DNA of 64,000 nt, from contig NMRA01000285.1 of assembly GCA_002633005.1 (NCBI GenBank), positions 1 to 64,000 on the forward strand, given 5' to 3'. Each line of letters begins with the position of its first letter. Position 1 is the stretch's first letter. This document shows, one piece after another, positions 13,012-25,800 of the stretch. The notes under the pieces were generated by a model. That model ran no database searches and had not been told where the DNA came from. It saw nothing but the letters and a program-made list of their open reading frames with translations. The position numbers and the translations under genes are program-made. The DNA comes from Phoronis australis. Its lineage: Eukaryota; Animalia; Phoronida.

Positions 13012-16000
13012 ATGTCATTGAACAAGTATGAATGCATTTAGGCCCACTAAGTAACCAGGCGTATCCAGCTATTGCAAAAGGCAGGCATTTGAATTTGGGT
13101 GTCACTTGGTAGGCAGGTTTCCACTCAACACTTAGAGATGCTCTAAATCTGTGCTCCCTCCAAGAAGTCAACTTTGATTGAGATCACATTACCACAATAA
13201 AGTTGGTCTTAATTTGCCCCTTACTCAGTAGAGAAGTGATTTCTTGGTTTGCAAGGAACTCAGTTTGTTTTCCTTGAGCTCATGTTTGACACAAGAAAGC
13301 ACACAGCGTGACATGCCACCTGGTAGAGCCTGGTCTCAAGTAACAATTCAACTGGCACTTCTTTTGAAGCAGTGAAATCATAACCAACATCAAAATTTGT
13401 ATAAAATGAAAACAAAATGGTCACATAGAAAACTGTAACAGCATTTTAAATTTGATATTTCATCTTGAACATTTCAATAGAAATTTGGTCGTGTTAATGA
13501 TGTTGTAGTGTTCCTATCAATCAAATCACGTACCTTTCTTTTTTTGCTACAATTTAAAATACACACGGTCACCTGACCAAATTGATGGCAGATTGGTAAA
13601 AAGTCAAAACTCAAACTTTACAAGCTTTCTACTTTCAGAAAATAAACATTTTTACCAAATTAAAATCTTAGTTTAAGTTGTACATTTGATTAAATACCCA
13701 GACTTGTTAATAAAGTCTTAAAAGCTCAGATGACACTTTCAAGCAGCAGGACAAATTTGGCGAGATTTGATGAGGATACTCTACTTTCATACACACAAGC
13801 TAAACTAGAGGCATAAACAGTGCCAAGGGTACTATGCAAAGTTCTATGCATCAGGTGACAAGCACGATAAGGACAGTGTTCAATATTTGTCAATGACTTA
13901 TCAAATTGCACACAACCTGAACTTGTAGTCTGGCCAGAAGTGTTGCCGTGACAACACTTGGGGACTTTAACTATTGACTACTCTGCTGCAGCGCACAGTA
14001 AACCTTGCTGATGTATAAAACATGGTTAAACTGTATTTTACATCTACACAAGTGTTTCAGGAAATACAAGTTCAAGCCGTTAATAAGCGCGTAACTAAAG
14101 ACTGACATAAATGCTACGACAAAAATGTGTTAAAGAACCTGGTTTTGAGGAGTCGTTTCTTTGAAAGATTTAAGAACAGAGAATTTCATCTGCGGGTTAC
14201 AAAGAACATGGCAGTTGAAGCTACAATCAAGTTACAAAGAAAGTTGAACAAAAGTTATGCTAAGTTTCTAAAGCTCTAATAAGATTGCTTTAATTCTAAA
14301 AAGGTTGTTAATTGTTTCCATTTATACCTGTAGATGATTGTGCTAAGACGCCTTTCAGTAAGTTGTCCCGACTGTCAAGTACATAAAATGTGACGTGAAA
14401 ATTCAATCTAACATGCAGTCCATCACTTTCTGGAACACACCTAACAGACGTCTTTTAACTCAGTTGTTGTACGTCAGTCATAAACGCACAGGTCATAAAA
14501 ATAATGGTTTTGTTTTTCAGAAACAAGACACCTAAATGGTATGCAACTTTTGTTCTCAAAAGGTTGTAGTTTTTTTTTTGCAAAATCTTAAGTTTCATTA
14601 ATTTGCAAAAAATCACAAAGGCCACCAAATGAAAAATCATTTGACAATAAGCGTGCGATTTTTGCTCTGCAATTTTACCAACGCTATAGCAAGAACACGT
14701 TTGACAACATTTTTTACAACAATTCAACCTTCTTAAGTTTTAGCAGAAAGTGACCAAAACCCAGCACGGTTTATGACCGTTTCCATTTACCTAGCCAAAG
14801 CATAGTTTGCAAGAAACAATCCAATAACCACATGACCATGAGTTATATTCAACTATAAAAGAGTATCCCAGAACTTTCTGCAACATTTCCAATCTAGGAT
14901 ATTTCACTTTTACAAATCAGAACTTCTTACTAAGGCAATTATAAACTAAGGTAATCAAGGTCACGCATCACACCGTCATTCTGTAATAAATTTTATTTGA
15001 CCATTCCAACAATATTTACATTGTTCTATAAATTGAGATTACTTTTGTTTTTTCTTTAAATTGTAAATCCCCTCCATAAACAGGATAGACTGACCACAGC
15101 GTGGACGTGAAGCATGAAAGGTGTATACAAAGCGTGTATGGTGTAAAGCGGGTGAACTCACAGGGAGGAAGAGTTTGAATCTCCGTGCTCGACTTACTGG
15201 ACGTTGGCCAGCCCGCATGTGTCCAGTGGCACTGTCCACACTGTTTGGGTTGACAGCTGGCCTAAAACCAAGATGAACACATTACAATGCAGACGTCGCA
15301 CTGGAGTTAAAGAGGGTGTTGGAGACAGCAGATGGCCAGTGGGCTCCATGTTAATTTTCATCAAAGGAAAAAGGGCCCTGTCACACCACACGCATAGTCA
15401 GAACATTTGAGCCCGTCTTAACTTCCTGACGAAAAAGACTGGGGATGGGCAGAAACAGAAACTCTGGCCCAGAAAAGGCTTCAAATGCAACACTGTCCAA
15501 GGAATTGAGATTACACAATACTTATAGAGTAGGTTCATACTTGTTTCATAACCAGTTATCAAGATGGGTCTGTCAATGTTCTTGTTTCTTAACTAGTTAT
15601 CAAGATGGGTCTGACAATGTTCTTGGTGTGACAGGACACTAAAAGTAAACCCTTATCTTATTTCAACATGATGGTCTAAAATAGACGAGAAGAACTAACT
15701 TACATGTATGACGGTATTTTCTCCTCAATAATTTCAAACAGTGGTATACTACAGAACCTACGGTATGTAGTGGGATTCAGTGGAAGCAAGTAACTAGTAC
15801 GGCAAAATGACAGCAAATACTAAAAATATGTAAAAATGGACACAACTGGATATGGGAACAGATGTTACTGAAGAGGGAGTAAAAAAATAATGCAAAGATC
15901 CATTTGTGGCAAAACAACTCTGTAATAAGCAGGTGTTTCATACCTGAACGTGTCTAGATGCACACTCTTGTGCCAGTGCTGGACACATACTCATCTCTTA

Positions 16001-17198
16001 TGAATAGTAAATAACACTTTTAAATGCTTTATTTGATCCCCTTTTCATTAATCTAAACTCAATATTCGTCACTCTAAAGTAATCAATAACTAGCCAGAAA
16101 AACAATATTAAATAAATAAATTCAAATGTCTTGTATAATCTACAAATAAGTATTTGAAAAAAAAATAAAAGAATTTCTTTTTTTGCCCTTTAAGAGGCAA
16201 TCTTGTAAGTGGACCTTTATCAATAATTTTACATGATGATTTATCGGGTAAATCAAATAAAAAAAACTGAGATGTAAACTGTGCTGCTTTATTCACCTGC
16301 CTCAGGAAAAATTTAGAATTTTTTAATCAAAACAGTGCAGCATGTGTGCATGAAAAATAAAGGAGCGCCGATAAATCAAATTGTATTTGAAATGCAATGT
16401 GGGCATGACCACTTTCGATTCTGAGTGCCGATTTTCACTATTAGGTGTTTTACAAATTTACGACTTAATTGTATCTTTTTTAAGAGATTATTGAGCTATG
16501 GAACAAATACGCAGATCAGGATCGTTGATAAGTTGAATATCATATTTAGCAATTTCATGCAAAAATGGGTACAAGTGTAATTACCCACATATGAGAACGA
16601 AATGAATTAATGACAAAGGCACAATGGAATTAGCAATAATCGAATTCCTCCTAAAAAGAAACAAATCAAATTCCTAAACTTGTGATCCGCTTCATCTAAA
16701 GGTATGAAACTCAGGTCATCAATTACACAAACATTCGTCTGACATGATTTCACGTTTCAACAAGTTTTTCACAGCATGTGTCAAGACAGCTAATGAGAGG
16801 AGCCAGAAACTAATAATAGAAAGCAAGTTAGAACACATTAAGTAGAACAGAAAAAGCACACAAGGACATACCAAACACAGCGTGATAATCCTGAGCAGAC
16901 CAGCATGTGAACACACAACATCAAGAATACATAGGAGATGAGTAAGCTTACAGCATGTTGAGGTCATGTCTCAGGACAACAGGGGATCCTTTTAACAAAG
17001 GTTATTTTGTCCATTTGCAGCTAAGATGTGATTTTGCACACACCTCTCTCTGCTGTGGCTGCAAACATGGTGCAGTATTTCTTTGTCAAAATGAACCACT
17101 GCATCTAACATAAATTTGACTACAACTCCACATTAAATTCTAATGACCGCTTTTTTTCTTTTAACTATGATTATTGGTTGACCTTGAATAATCCAAAC

Positions 17199-17861
17199 TA
17201 CCTTCCTTACCAATGATTTTTAAAATAATTTTTCAACTATTCATAGTGTATCCATAAAACTATTTATTTTTTTAAAATCCTTGGGAATCAGAGAATTTTA
17301 TTTCGTGCATGAAAACATTGTTCACAGGTTCGTTATCATCTGACTGCATTTTTGTAAAAAATCACACTTTTTCACAGAGACCGCCGTATTTTCCACGAAT
17401 TCGTTTTTTTTTCACTCAAAACTTGCAAATTCTAATTCTTGTTTTATTAGCTACAAAACAGTGTCTGGGATTTTCTTTTAAGGACTTTGAGCGCGAGAAA
17501 TCCAATGTCAAAAATCAAGACTTCGCTTTTTTCAAAAATGTTGACATCTTGATTTTTGACATCGGGTTTCACAGGCTAAAAGGCCTTAAAAGGAAATCCC
17601 TGACATTGTTTTGTACCTACAGTGTAACAGAACAAAGAAACAGAATTAATTTTTTGCAAGTTTCGAGCAAATAAAAAAGTTTATGGAAAGTGTGATTTTT
17701 TTAGAAAAAATGAAGTCACGTGATCACGAATGTCTTAATACTGTTTTCGTGCACACAATAAGATTCTGTGATACTCATTGAATTTAAAAATATAACTTAA
17801 TGGGTCTACTATTAATAGTTCAAGTTATTTCAAAAAAATCAAAAATTTGGTAATGAAGGTA
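17199..17861. mobile_element. Degenerate fully palindromic foldback element, TA-flanked
   Basis: Termini TACCTTC / GAAGGTA; internal pairs AAAAAATCACACTTT / AAAGTGTGATTTTTT and ATGTCAAAAATCAAGA / TCTTGATTTTTGACAT share a centre near 17530. Confidence 0.7.
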
Positions 17862-17879
17862 TACCCTGAGGTTAATTAA

Positions 17880-19330
17880 ACCAATGCCAAGTACTGAAAT
17901 GCATCCACAGCTGCACTGCAAACAGTATCCTTCTAGGGACGTTTGTAAGAATCAATCACAAAAACGGCCACTAGTTGGTGTAGAATGTCAAGCCTATCCA
18001 AAAATTAAAAAAGGCCATTGTCAAAATTTTCATGAAAATCCATTCATGAACTTCAAAGATAGAGAGGTAAACATAAAAATACCACTATGTGGCACGGCGA
18101 TAGTCACATCGGTCAGAATGTCATCTGTTGCCAAGTTCATATAGGGCTCAATACACTTGCCAAAATTCACCCAGCATAGGGTGCAGATACAGCTATGGAT
18201 GCAAAAAAAAATATCACTAGGGGATGCAACAGCAGCCGCAATCATCAGAAAATCAACATCAGTCATGCTGTTGTCAGTAAAACATTCTGAAAGTCTCTTT
18301 AAGATCCAGAGAGAAGTTAGGTGGGTAGAGAGACTGACGCTAAGAAACAGACTTGAAAATATTAATTAAAATGGCTGCTACGTAGAATACCTCTGCCAAA
18401 TTTCACAAACATCCTTTGAGGGATTAAGGAAACAAATGGTGGCAGAGTAGTCAGACCGTCCTAAAATCAACATCAGCTGCTGCCTTATTAGAGGAGCACA
18501 TCTGCCAATTTTCATGATGAACCTTAAAGCAGTTTATCGGATATTCTGAAGTGGAAGCCAAAAACGTCAAAAATAATGAACATGACCACTGCATAGGTGG
18601 TGCAGAATAAGACGAATCCATCCAAAAATAGTAACAAATCGTTATCTTCTTGATGCAAACCAATTTGAAAAATTTAATGAAAATCTGTCCAGGAAGTCTG
18701 AAGATACACATTCAAGTAAACATAAAAAATAAAATTGCCACTAATGGGCACAGCAGTGGTGAATCCATTCTGACAGAAGTTACCGCCATCTATTGTCACA
18801 TTCATAGACAATTTCACAATGATCATGCAAGGAGTTAGGAGATACAAACACGGACACAAAATATGAAATTGTCAAATTAGTTGGCCTCATCCGAAAATCA
18901 ATGTCAGCCATAGTTTCCTTCGCAGGAACATTGTGTCAATTTTCATGATACTTCAAGCAGTTTGGCAGCTAAAGGGGTGGGTGCAAAAAACAGACCTGAA
19001 AATAATAAAAATGGAAACTGGGTGGCGAAGAATACATCGAATCCGTCCAAAATTGAAAAGGCAAAGTTGTTTCCTTAACATCTATTTGTGCAATTTCATG
19101 AAAATCTATTTAAGAACTCCAAAAATACAGAGGCGAATTTAAAACAAAAAAATTTGCCACTAGGGGCCAGAGCAGTATTCAGATCAAACTGAATCTCATT
19201 GTCATCTGTCATTCATTTCACAGGAACACATCTACACGGGGTTTAGGAAATACAGCAGCGTAAACTGGACACCAAAGACCCAAACAGAGAGAATGGCAGT
19301 ATACATCCACATTATGTGGATGTATAAAAA
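17880..19330 (+). repeat. Dispersed multi-subunit repeat (Helentron/HINE-like), copy 1, with 3' hairpin
   Basis: Recurrent subunits of roughly 130 bp with GCCAAATTTCATGAAAATC and CCACTAGGGGGC-like motifs; ends in hairpin TATACATCCACAT-T-ATGTGGATGTATA (19300-19326) plus an A run. Confidence 0.65.
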
Positions 19331-19637
19331 ACAGTTTAGTTCTCTTCATATCCACATTATACAACAGTAATTTGATTTTTGAAACAAAGATGATATTGTA
19401 TTCTGATCAGATATTGTATTTCAAATTCTGTTTTTTATTCAAAATTGTCAGTGTTTAATTCAGAAGTGCCACAATAAAATCCCTGACACAGCCACTCTGG
19501 TACACAGCACCTCTGCACGCCTCCCATACAACACGCAATCCAACTAACCTAGGGGAGAGTTTCACCCGAGACACTGACAGTCACTCTGGTACACTGCACC
19601 TCTGCATTTTCCACACACAACACCTGATCTAACTAAC

Positions 19638-19889
19638 CTGGGGGACAGTTTCACCTGGGACACCTCCAGGGTCTCCGCTCTCCCTAGGTTACTGGTGTTG
19701 CCCTCCGACCTCGTGCGGATGATCCTCTTCTTCCTCTCCTTAAACAGCATGCGATGCTCCGCCTCACTGTCTGTCTCTGTATTGCTGCCCCGCCTCTTTC
19801 TCTGCCCCCTCCCACTGTGGGGACTGTGTGAGGCACTCCTACGATGGATGCTCAACACTCGGACATTCTTCTTTTTGGCCGGCTCAGAC
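19638..19889 (-). CDS. AGBL5: AGBL5 basic Arg/Lys-rich exon (NAGNAG acceptor; may read through to the stop at 19562)
   Basis: [18 protein letters not shown]...RGQRKRRG...[14 protein letters not shown]; gttagt donor. Confidence 0.75.
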
Positions 19890-22800
19890 CTGCTGTGTAG
19901 ATAAAGACATCAAGACTAAGTAATTTATTGACAATAGATGATGTAAGTTATGAAAGTATTCTCTTTGATTCAAAATTTAACCTTTTCTTAGACTGCTACA
20001 TTTTCTACCTTCAGTTAACTACCCATTGTAAGACAATTAAAATAACTGGCTAATAAACAAATGAACAGAGTGGTCCCTGTTATCAATCAAACATACCGTC
20101 TTTTTAAGAAATAAATCCTGAAATATTACGCAATATGAAGATGACCACCAAGCTGTTATCAATCAAACATACCGTCTTTTTAAGAAATAAATCCTGAAAT
20201 ATTATGCAATATGAAGATGACCACCATTCAATACTGCAGTATGATAAAGAACCATATAAATCATCATCCATGAAAACAGTAGACACACTGTCGAGACATC
20301 ATTTTACACAACATACTCCAGAAACGGTACATGGATCTAAATATTACAGTGAAGCACCTAACACTTCAAACACGAGCAACGCTGAGGTTTGAAATGCGCC
20401 TGCAACAGCACTGCAAACGGTGTGCTTCTATGGGTGTTTTTAGAATCAGAAAAATGGCCATTAGATGGGGAAGTTTGCGCCAAGCTGATGTGAATTGAGA
20501 CGGTGGCATCGCCTCTGTAATACACAACTAATTGCCAAATTTCATGAAACTAAGCCAAGGAACTCCTAAGATATAAAGGCAAACATAAAAAACCATTGGC
20601 ACTAGGGGGCACAGCGATAGTTCTGTTGCCATCTCTATAAATGCTCATCTGCCAAATTTCACGGGTAACAAGATATGCCCCTAATGGTCGCCAGAATAGT
20701 AAAAAATATCCAAAAATAAACATCACCCAGGGTCTTAGCATCAGGAACACAACCACCAATTCTCACAATCGTCCTTTGAGTGGTTTGGGAAATAGAGAGG
20801 CAAACGTCAAAATCATACAAAAAATTTTAATGGCCACCTGGTGGCGCAGGAAACGTCAAACCTGTACAAAAATTGTAAGGCGTTGCGATATCCTTAAAAA
20901 AGGCCTATTTACCGAATTTCATGAAAATACATTGATGAACTGCAAAGATACAGAGGTAAATGTAAAAAATAACATTTTGCTACAAGGCGGCACAGTCACT
21001 GTGGTTTGTCGTCGGCGCCATAGAAAAAAAAACAGAGAGTGCAGGTAGTCTGATGTCATTTGCGGTGCATCAGACGTGCGCAGGTCTCATGGTTGGGCCC
21101 ATTGCACAAAACACCTGAGCAAAAGCACGAGAGCCCAATTATGGCTCCTCGAGAAGAAAGTTTTCAAGTCCGCCAGTCGCCTTTAGGAAAACGGACAGAT
21201 GTTTCCATTTGTTGCCATGCACTATATATTGTAGGCATGTAACATTGCCATCCAGTAGGTTACTCCTTAGTCTATAAAAAGCTGGGCAAGACTCTACCAG
21301 GTGTTTAGGAGATTCTACGTCAGTACCACACTCGGGACACACAGGGCTCCCCATATGCCCAGTAATGTGTCTGTGTCGGGCTAGGTTGCAGTGGCCCGTC
21401 AAAATTTGAATGACGTGTCTTATACCCAATCTATCTAGACTCAGAAGGCTTTTTGAACCTTTTGGTTTGATCACGTTGGGAAAACTCTCCTTGGTCTCTC
21501 TGCAGGAGTTAAGTGATGCCCACTGGGCTGCTGACTGGGTATGTACCCAGTTGCGTATACTCATCCTGCAACATCCGTAAGATAACGGGATAGCAGGTTC
21601 AAGCACAAATTAATGCAGAAGCTTAATCCTATCTTTGCGAGTCTGTCTGCATTCTCATTGCCATCAATTCCCACATGGGCCTTGACCCAGCGTATATTGA
21701 CGGTTCTTTCAATTGCAAGCTTGTTAAGCTCATTAATACAAGCATTAACACAACAAGAGTTGACCCATAGTTTCTTTAAGGCTTTTATTGCTGCCTGGCT
21801 ATCTGAAAAGATGGTAATTGCAACAGGAAGGCTTGGAAAGTAGACCCCAGCACCTGTATGGCCATTTTTCAGTTTAGAGCCGTCCGTATGACAAACCACC
21901 TCATTCTCGTGTTCTGCGGTAGGCCATCCATCGCCAATTTTCGTGAAGAAATTGTTTGTGTGCTTTAAAGCTGTGACCTGGACATCACTAGGCATGTTCC
22001 ATAGTTGCCCAGTCTTGGCCATTAGCGCTTTAGGAACACATCTTTGAAATTTCACAAAGCTCCTTCAAAGGGTTAAGAAGATTCGGCCCCAGACGCAAAA
22101 AAAAAACAAAATCACCACTAGGAGGTGACATAGTTGTCGGACATGTCCGAAATTCAACTTCAGACCAGGTCCTCTTATCAGGAACACATCTGTATATTAT
22201 CATAATGATCCTGTAAGTGGTATGGCAGGTAGGGAGGTGGATGCCAGAGAACGGATGCAAAAAGAAACAAAAATGGCCACCAGGTGGTGCAGAAAACATC
22301 AAATCTGCACAAAAATGGGAAGGCGTTGTCATCTCCTTAATAGAAACATATTTGCCGAATTTTATCAAAATACATTACTGAAATCCGACAATACAGAAAC
22401 AAACGTAAAAAACATTTTGTCATTAAGGGACACAGTGGCATCTGGATCAATTCAACACTCATTACTAATTATTGACGGCTCCAAAAGGAACACATCTTTC
22501 AAATTTCACAAAACTCCTTCAAAGGGTTAAATACATTTGACTGCATACCTATTTACAGAATTTTATGATAATCTGCCAAAGAACTCCGAAGGTACAGATG
22601 CAAACGTAAAAAATAGAATTTCTACTAGGGGACATAGTGGTATTCGGATCGGTTCGAAACTTGTCACCATCTGTCGTTAGCCACATAGGAGCACACTAAC
22701 CTTCAGTTGCCAAATTTCAATAAGAGCCTACAAGGGGTTTAGGAGATACAGCCGCAGAAGCTGGACACACGTACGCCCAGACAGAGATGACAGCAATATG

Positions 22801-25800
22801 CACCCACATATAAATAATTGGGAACATAAAAACACAAAAAAGTTTTTATTTTGCACTCAGTGACTTCTAAACTAACATTGTCTAACACACCTGACTACCA
22901 TGGGTTTACTGTTGACCAAATGTCCTGGCGGTTTGTGGCGAACTGGTAGGGTGTCCGAGATCTGCAAAAGATACAGATAGCATAATTCTAACTGAAATTA
23001 AAGACTGGGGCATTTAACGTGACTTTTTAAACAATTGTCAGAAGAGGAAGATTTAATCCTTAGTCATTTTCAATTAAACCGAACTGAATTGATTGAGTAG
23101 GCAAGGGTAGGTGACGTCATGTATACAGTAGAAGAAATATGAGTTAGACAAGGAATAAACTGGTTCACTGCCTGGGCGTTGCATGGAGTCAGCACATTAT
23201 GATGCATGAGTGATAACCCTACAGCTACATACTGATCATGGAAACTTAAGAACAACTATAATCAAGAACACAGTAAGCTAAGTCAGATAATGAAGAATAA
23301 ATTCTTGTTAGAATAACATCAAGAGCCATTTCCCCTGATTGTAGCTAAGATCGTCATATGAGGATGATTATGAATGGACGGAGTGAACTTTGTAAGAAAC
23401 ATTGCAACTAACATAAATTCTACCTTTGACCTTTTTACGGATAGTGTGAGACGTCATGTACCAGTCATCTAAAACAGCATTCGTCTGCCACTTGTTGAAG
23501 ATAAACATGTCCGGCATGGCAGTTGAAAAGCTATTCACTATTCACATAGTTTGGATCCAATTAACCAAAAACAAACCTTGTGATATCTTTAAATGACGCA
23601 CCACACCACAAGCGCAAATGACCAATACACTGTAATTAGATCACTGTTCCCACACTAATGCACAAGAGTCGCCCTTTCTATTGGAAGTTGCACACGGTGA
23701 ATTAAAACTGGCGTATTCCATGTACATGAACAGTTTTAAAAAATTGACTTTGACTGAACTTTACATCATTTATAATCAGTTGGTGCATGTTCCATTGCTC
23801 AAGACACCAGCGGAAAAGAATCTGCAGACGGAATGACTGCCATGATGTAAAAGCAAGATTGTGTTTCTTTACTTCTGGCTTGAACTGTAGATACAAGTAA
23901 ACACTCAAGGTAACATGTAATGGACCTACAGCCAGTTTAGCAAGCAGGCAATCAGTTATGTGGCCTTTCCTGGTTCTGGATTGGTTGACTCCTAGCCTTC
24001 AAATCTATGTTGCGCGATGTGCACTCATCCATTTTAGCTACTCATAAAAAGGGTTAATCATGAGTTGCCATACTTCATGACAATCATCACAGGCCACTTT
24101 ATGAAAACTCCAGGCAGAGGTTTAGCTATGACTGGATGTGCAGCATTTCCTATAGCAGGTTCCAACATCTGCTATAGTAAGCCTCAACATTTATTACAGC
24201 AGGCCCCAACATTTGCTACAGCAGGCCCCAACATTTGCTACAGCAGGCCCCAAACATTTGCTACAGCAGGCCCCAGCATTTTCTACAGAAGGCCCCAACA
24301 TTTGCTACAGCAGGCCCCAACAATTGCTGTAGCCAGCCCCAAACATTTGCTACAGTAGCCCACAACATTTGCTATGACAAGCCCAAAAAATCTGCAACAG
24401 CATGCCCCATCATTTGCTACAGCAGGCCCCAACATTTGCTACAGAAGGCCTAACATTTGCTACAGCAGGCCCCAGCATTTGCTAATAGTAGACCCCAACA
24501 TTTGCTGCAGCAGGCCCCAACGTTTGCTCTAGTAGGCCTCAACATACCATCTGCAGTTGGTGCAATTTCTCCTCTTCGATACTGAAGGTGGAACTGGCAT
24601 TGGATTCTGGCCGCACACTGTGTAGGATATCGTTCAGTAGCAACTCCCCTTTGCTAGTCCGTGGACTGACATTCATATCACTACTCCATATAGAGGCTTG
24701 CTTAGTACTAGCAACGTCCTTATTTGTTGGATGGTTCAACTTTTGCATGGACGATTCGGAATGTGTGTGAAAGAGTCTCGGGGGAAGTTTGCGCGAAGAC
24801 GATTTTTGTGTGAATGCCATCACACTCTTGGCAGAGACTTCCTTCAGGGGTATGTTTAGTCGACATTCTGAGAAGGCTGACAGAGGAGATGAACTTGGGT
24901 TGTCATCCTTTGTTGTCGTGTAAGACATGGTCACCGTGGCAGGAGCATGTGAAACTGTTGTCACCGGTGGTTGGTCGTTTCGTATGATTGTTGACGGATG
25001 GGTATTTCGACGCTTAGTACGGTCAGTTAGATTTCTGGCAGCTGGAAGTCATAAATCAGAGCAAAATAATATTAATTAACTTTGATTTTGCTTGGCAAGA
25101 ATGCAAAAATGTTTGCTCTCACTAACATGCCTTGGCTACATTATTTTTATTAACTCAAAAAGAACAGGAGATCACCAAGCAAGAATAAAATTCACAATGC
25201 AGCAACTATTTGGATTGAATAACCATAAACAACTAAATGTACAAGAACTGTATATTACTAATCCAAGTTTAGCATGCAAACAAGTCATGATCTTTCACGT
25301 TCAGTGCCATATCTGTACAAAAAATATTAGACAAAACCTGTCACTAGGACCAAATGTCACTAAAACCAACCTGCATGGTCTCTGACTGGTCCTAGATCCT
25401 TCTTTAATGACGACTTTTCTTGGTTGTTTGAAGCTGGTATCTTTCGGCCTGCCTTCAGGCCATTGTTGTTGTTGATGCTAGTTGCCTCTCTGTTGGTTGC
25501 TAGGCGACTACCGCTGGGTTTGGAGTTACTGGGTGAATGGGCTGTGGCCACCATGCTGAAAACAATATGACAATTATGAACAGACCATTTAACATGACCT
25601 TCAAATAACAACAACATGGCAATAACTGCAGTTGGTGCAAAAGGTTTTCAAAATATTATCCTCCTGACAGTGGGTCTCTTTACGTTCAATTCTCAAGTAC
25701 AAGTTTTAAATAATTTTTGTCTGTGGTAATGACCACGGCGCTTTAAACAATTGGGAACTCAAAAACAAAATGTTTGAGAGGTAAGGGTTGGTCATTTACT

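Noticed and set aside
24065-24453. Repetitive ORFs (TFATAGP / QHLLQQAP)
   Set aside because: Translations of the 22-bp minisatellite.
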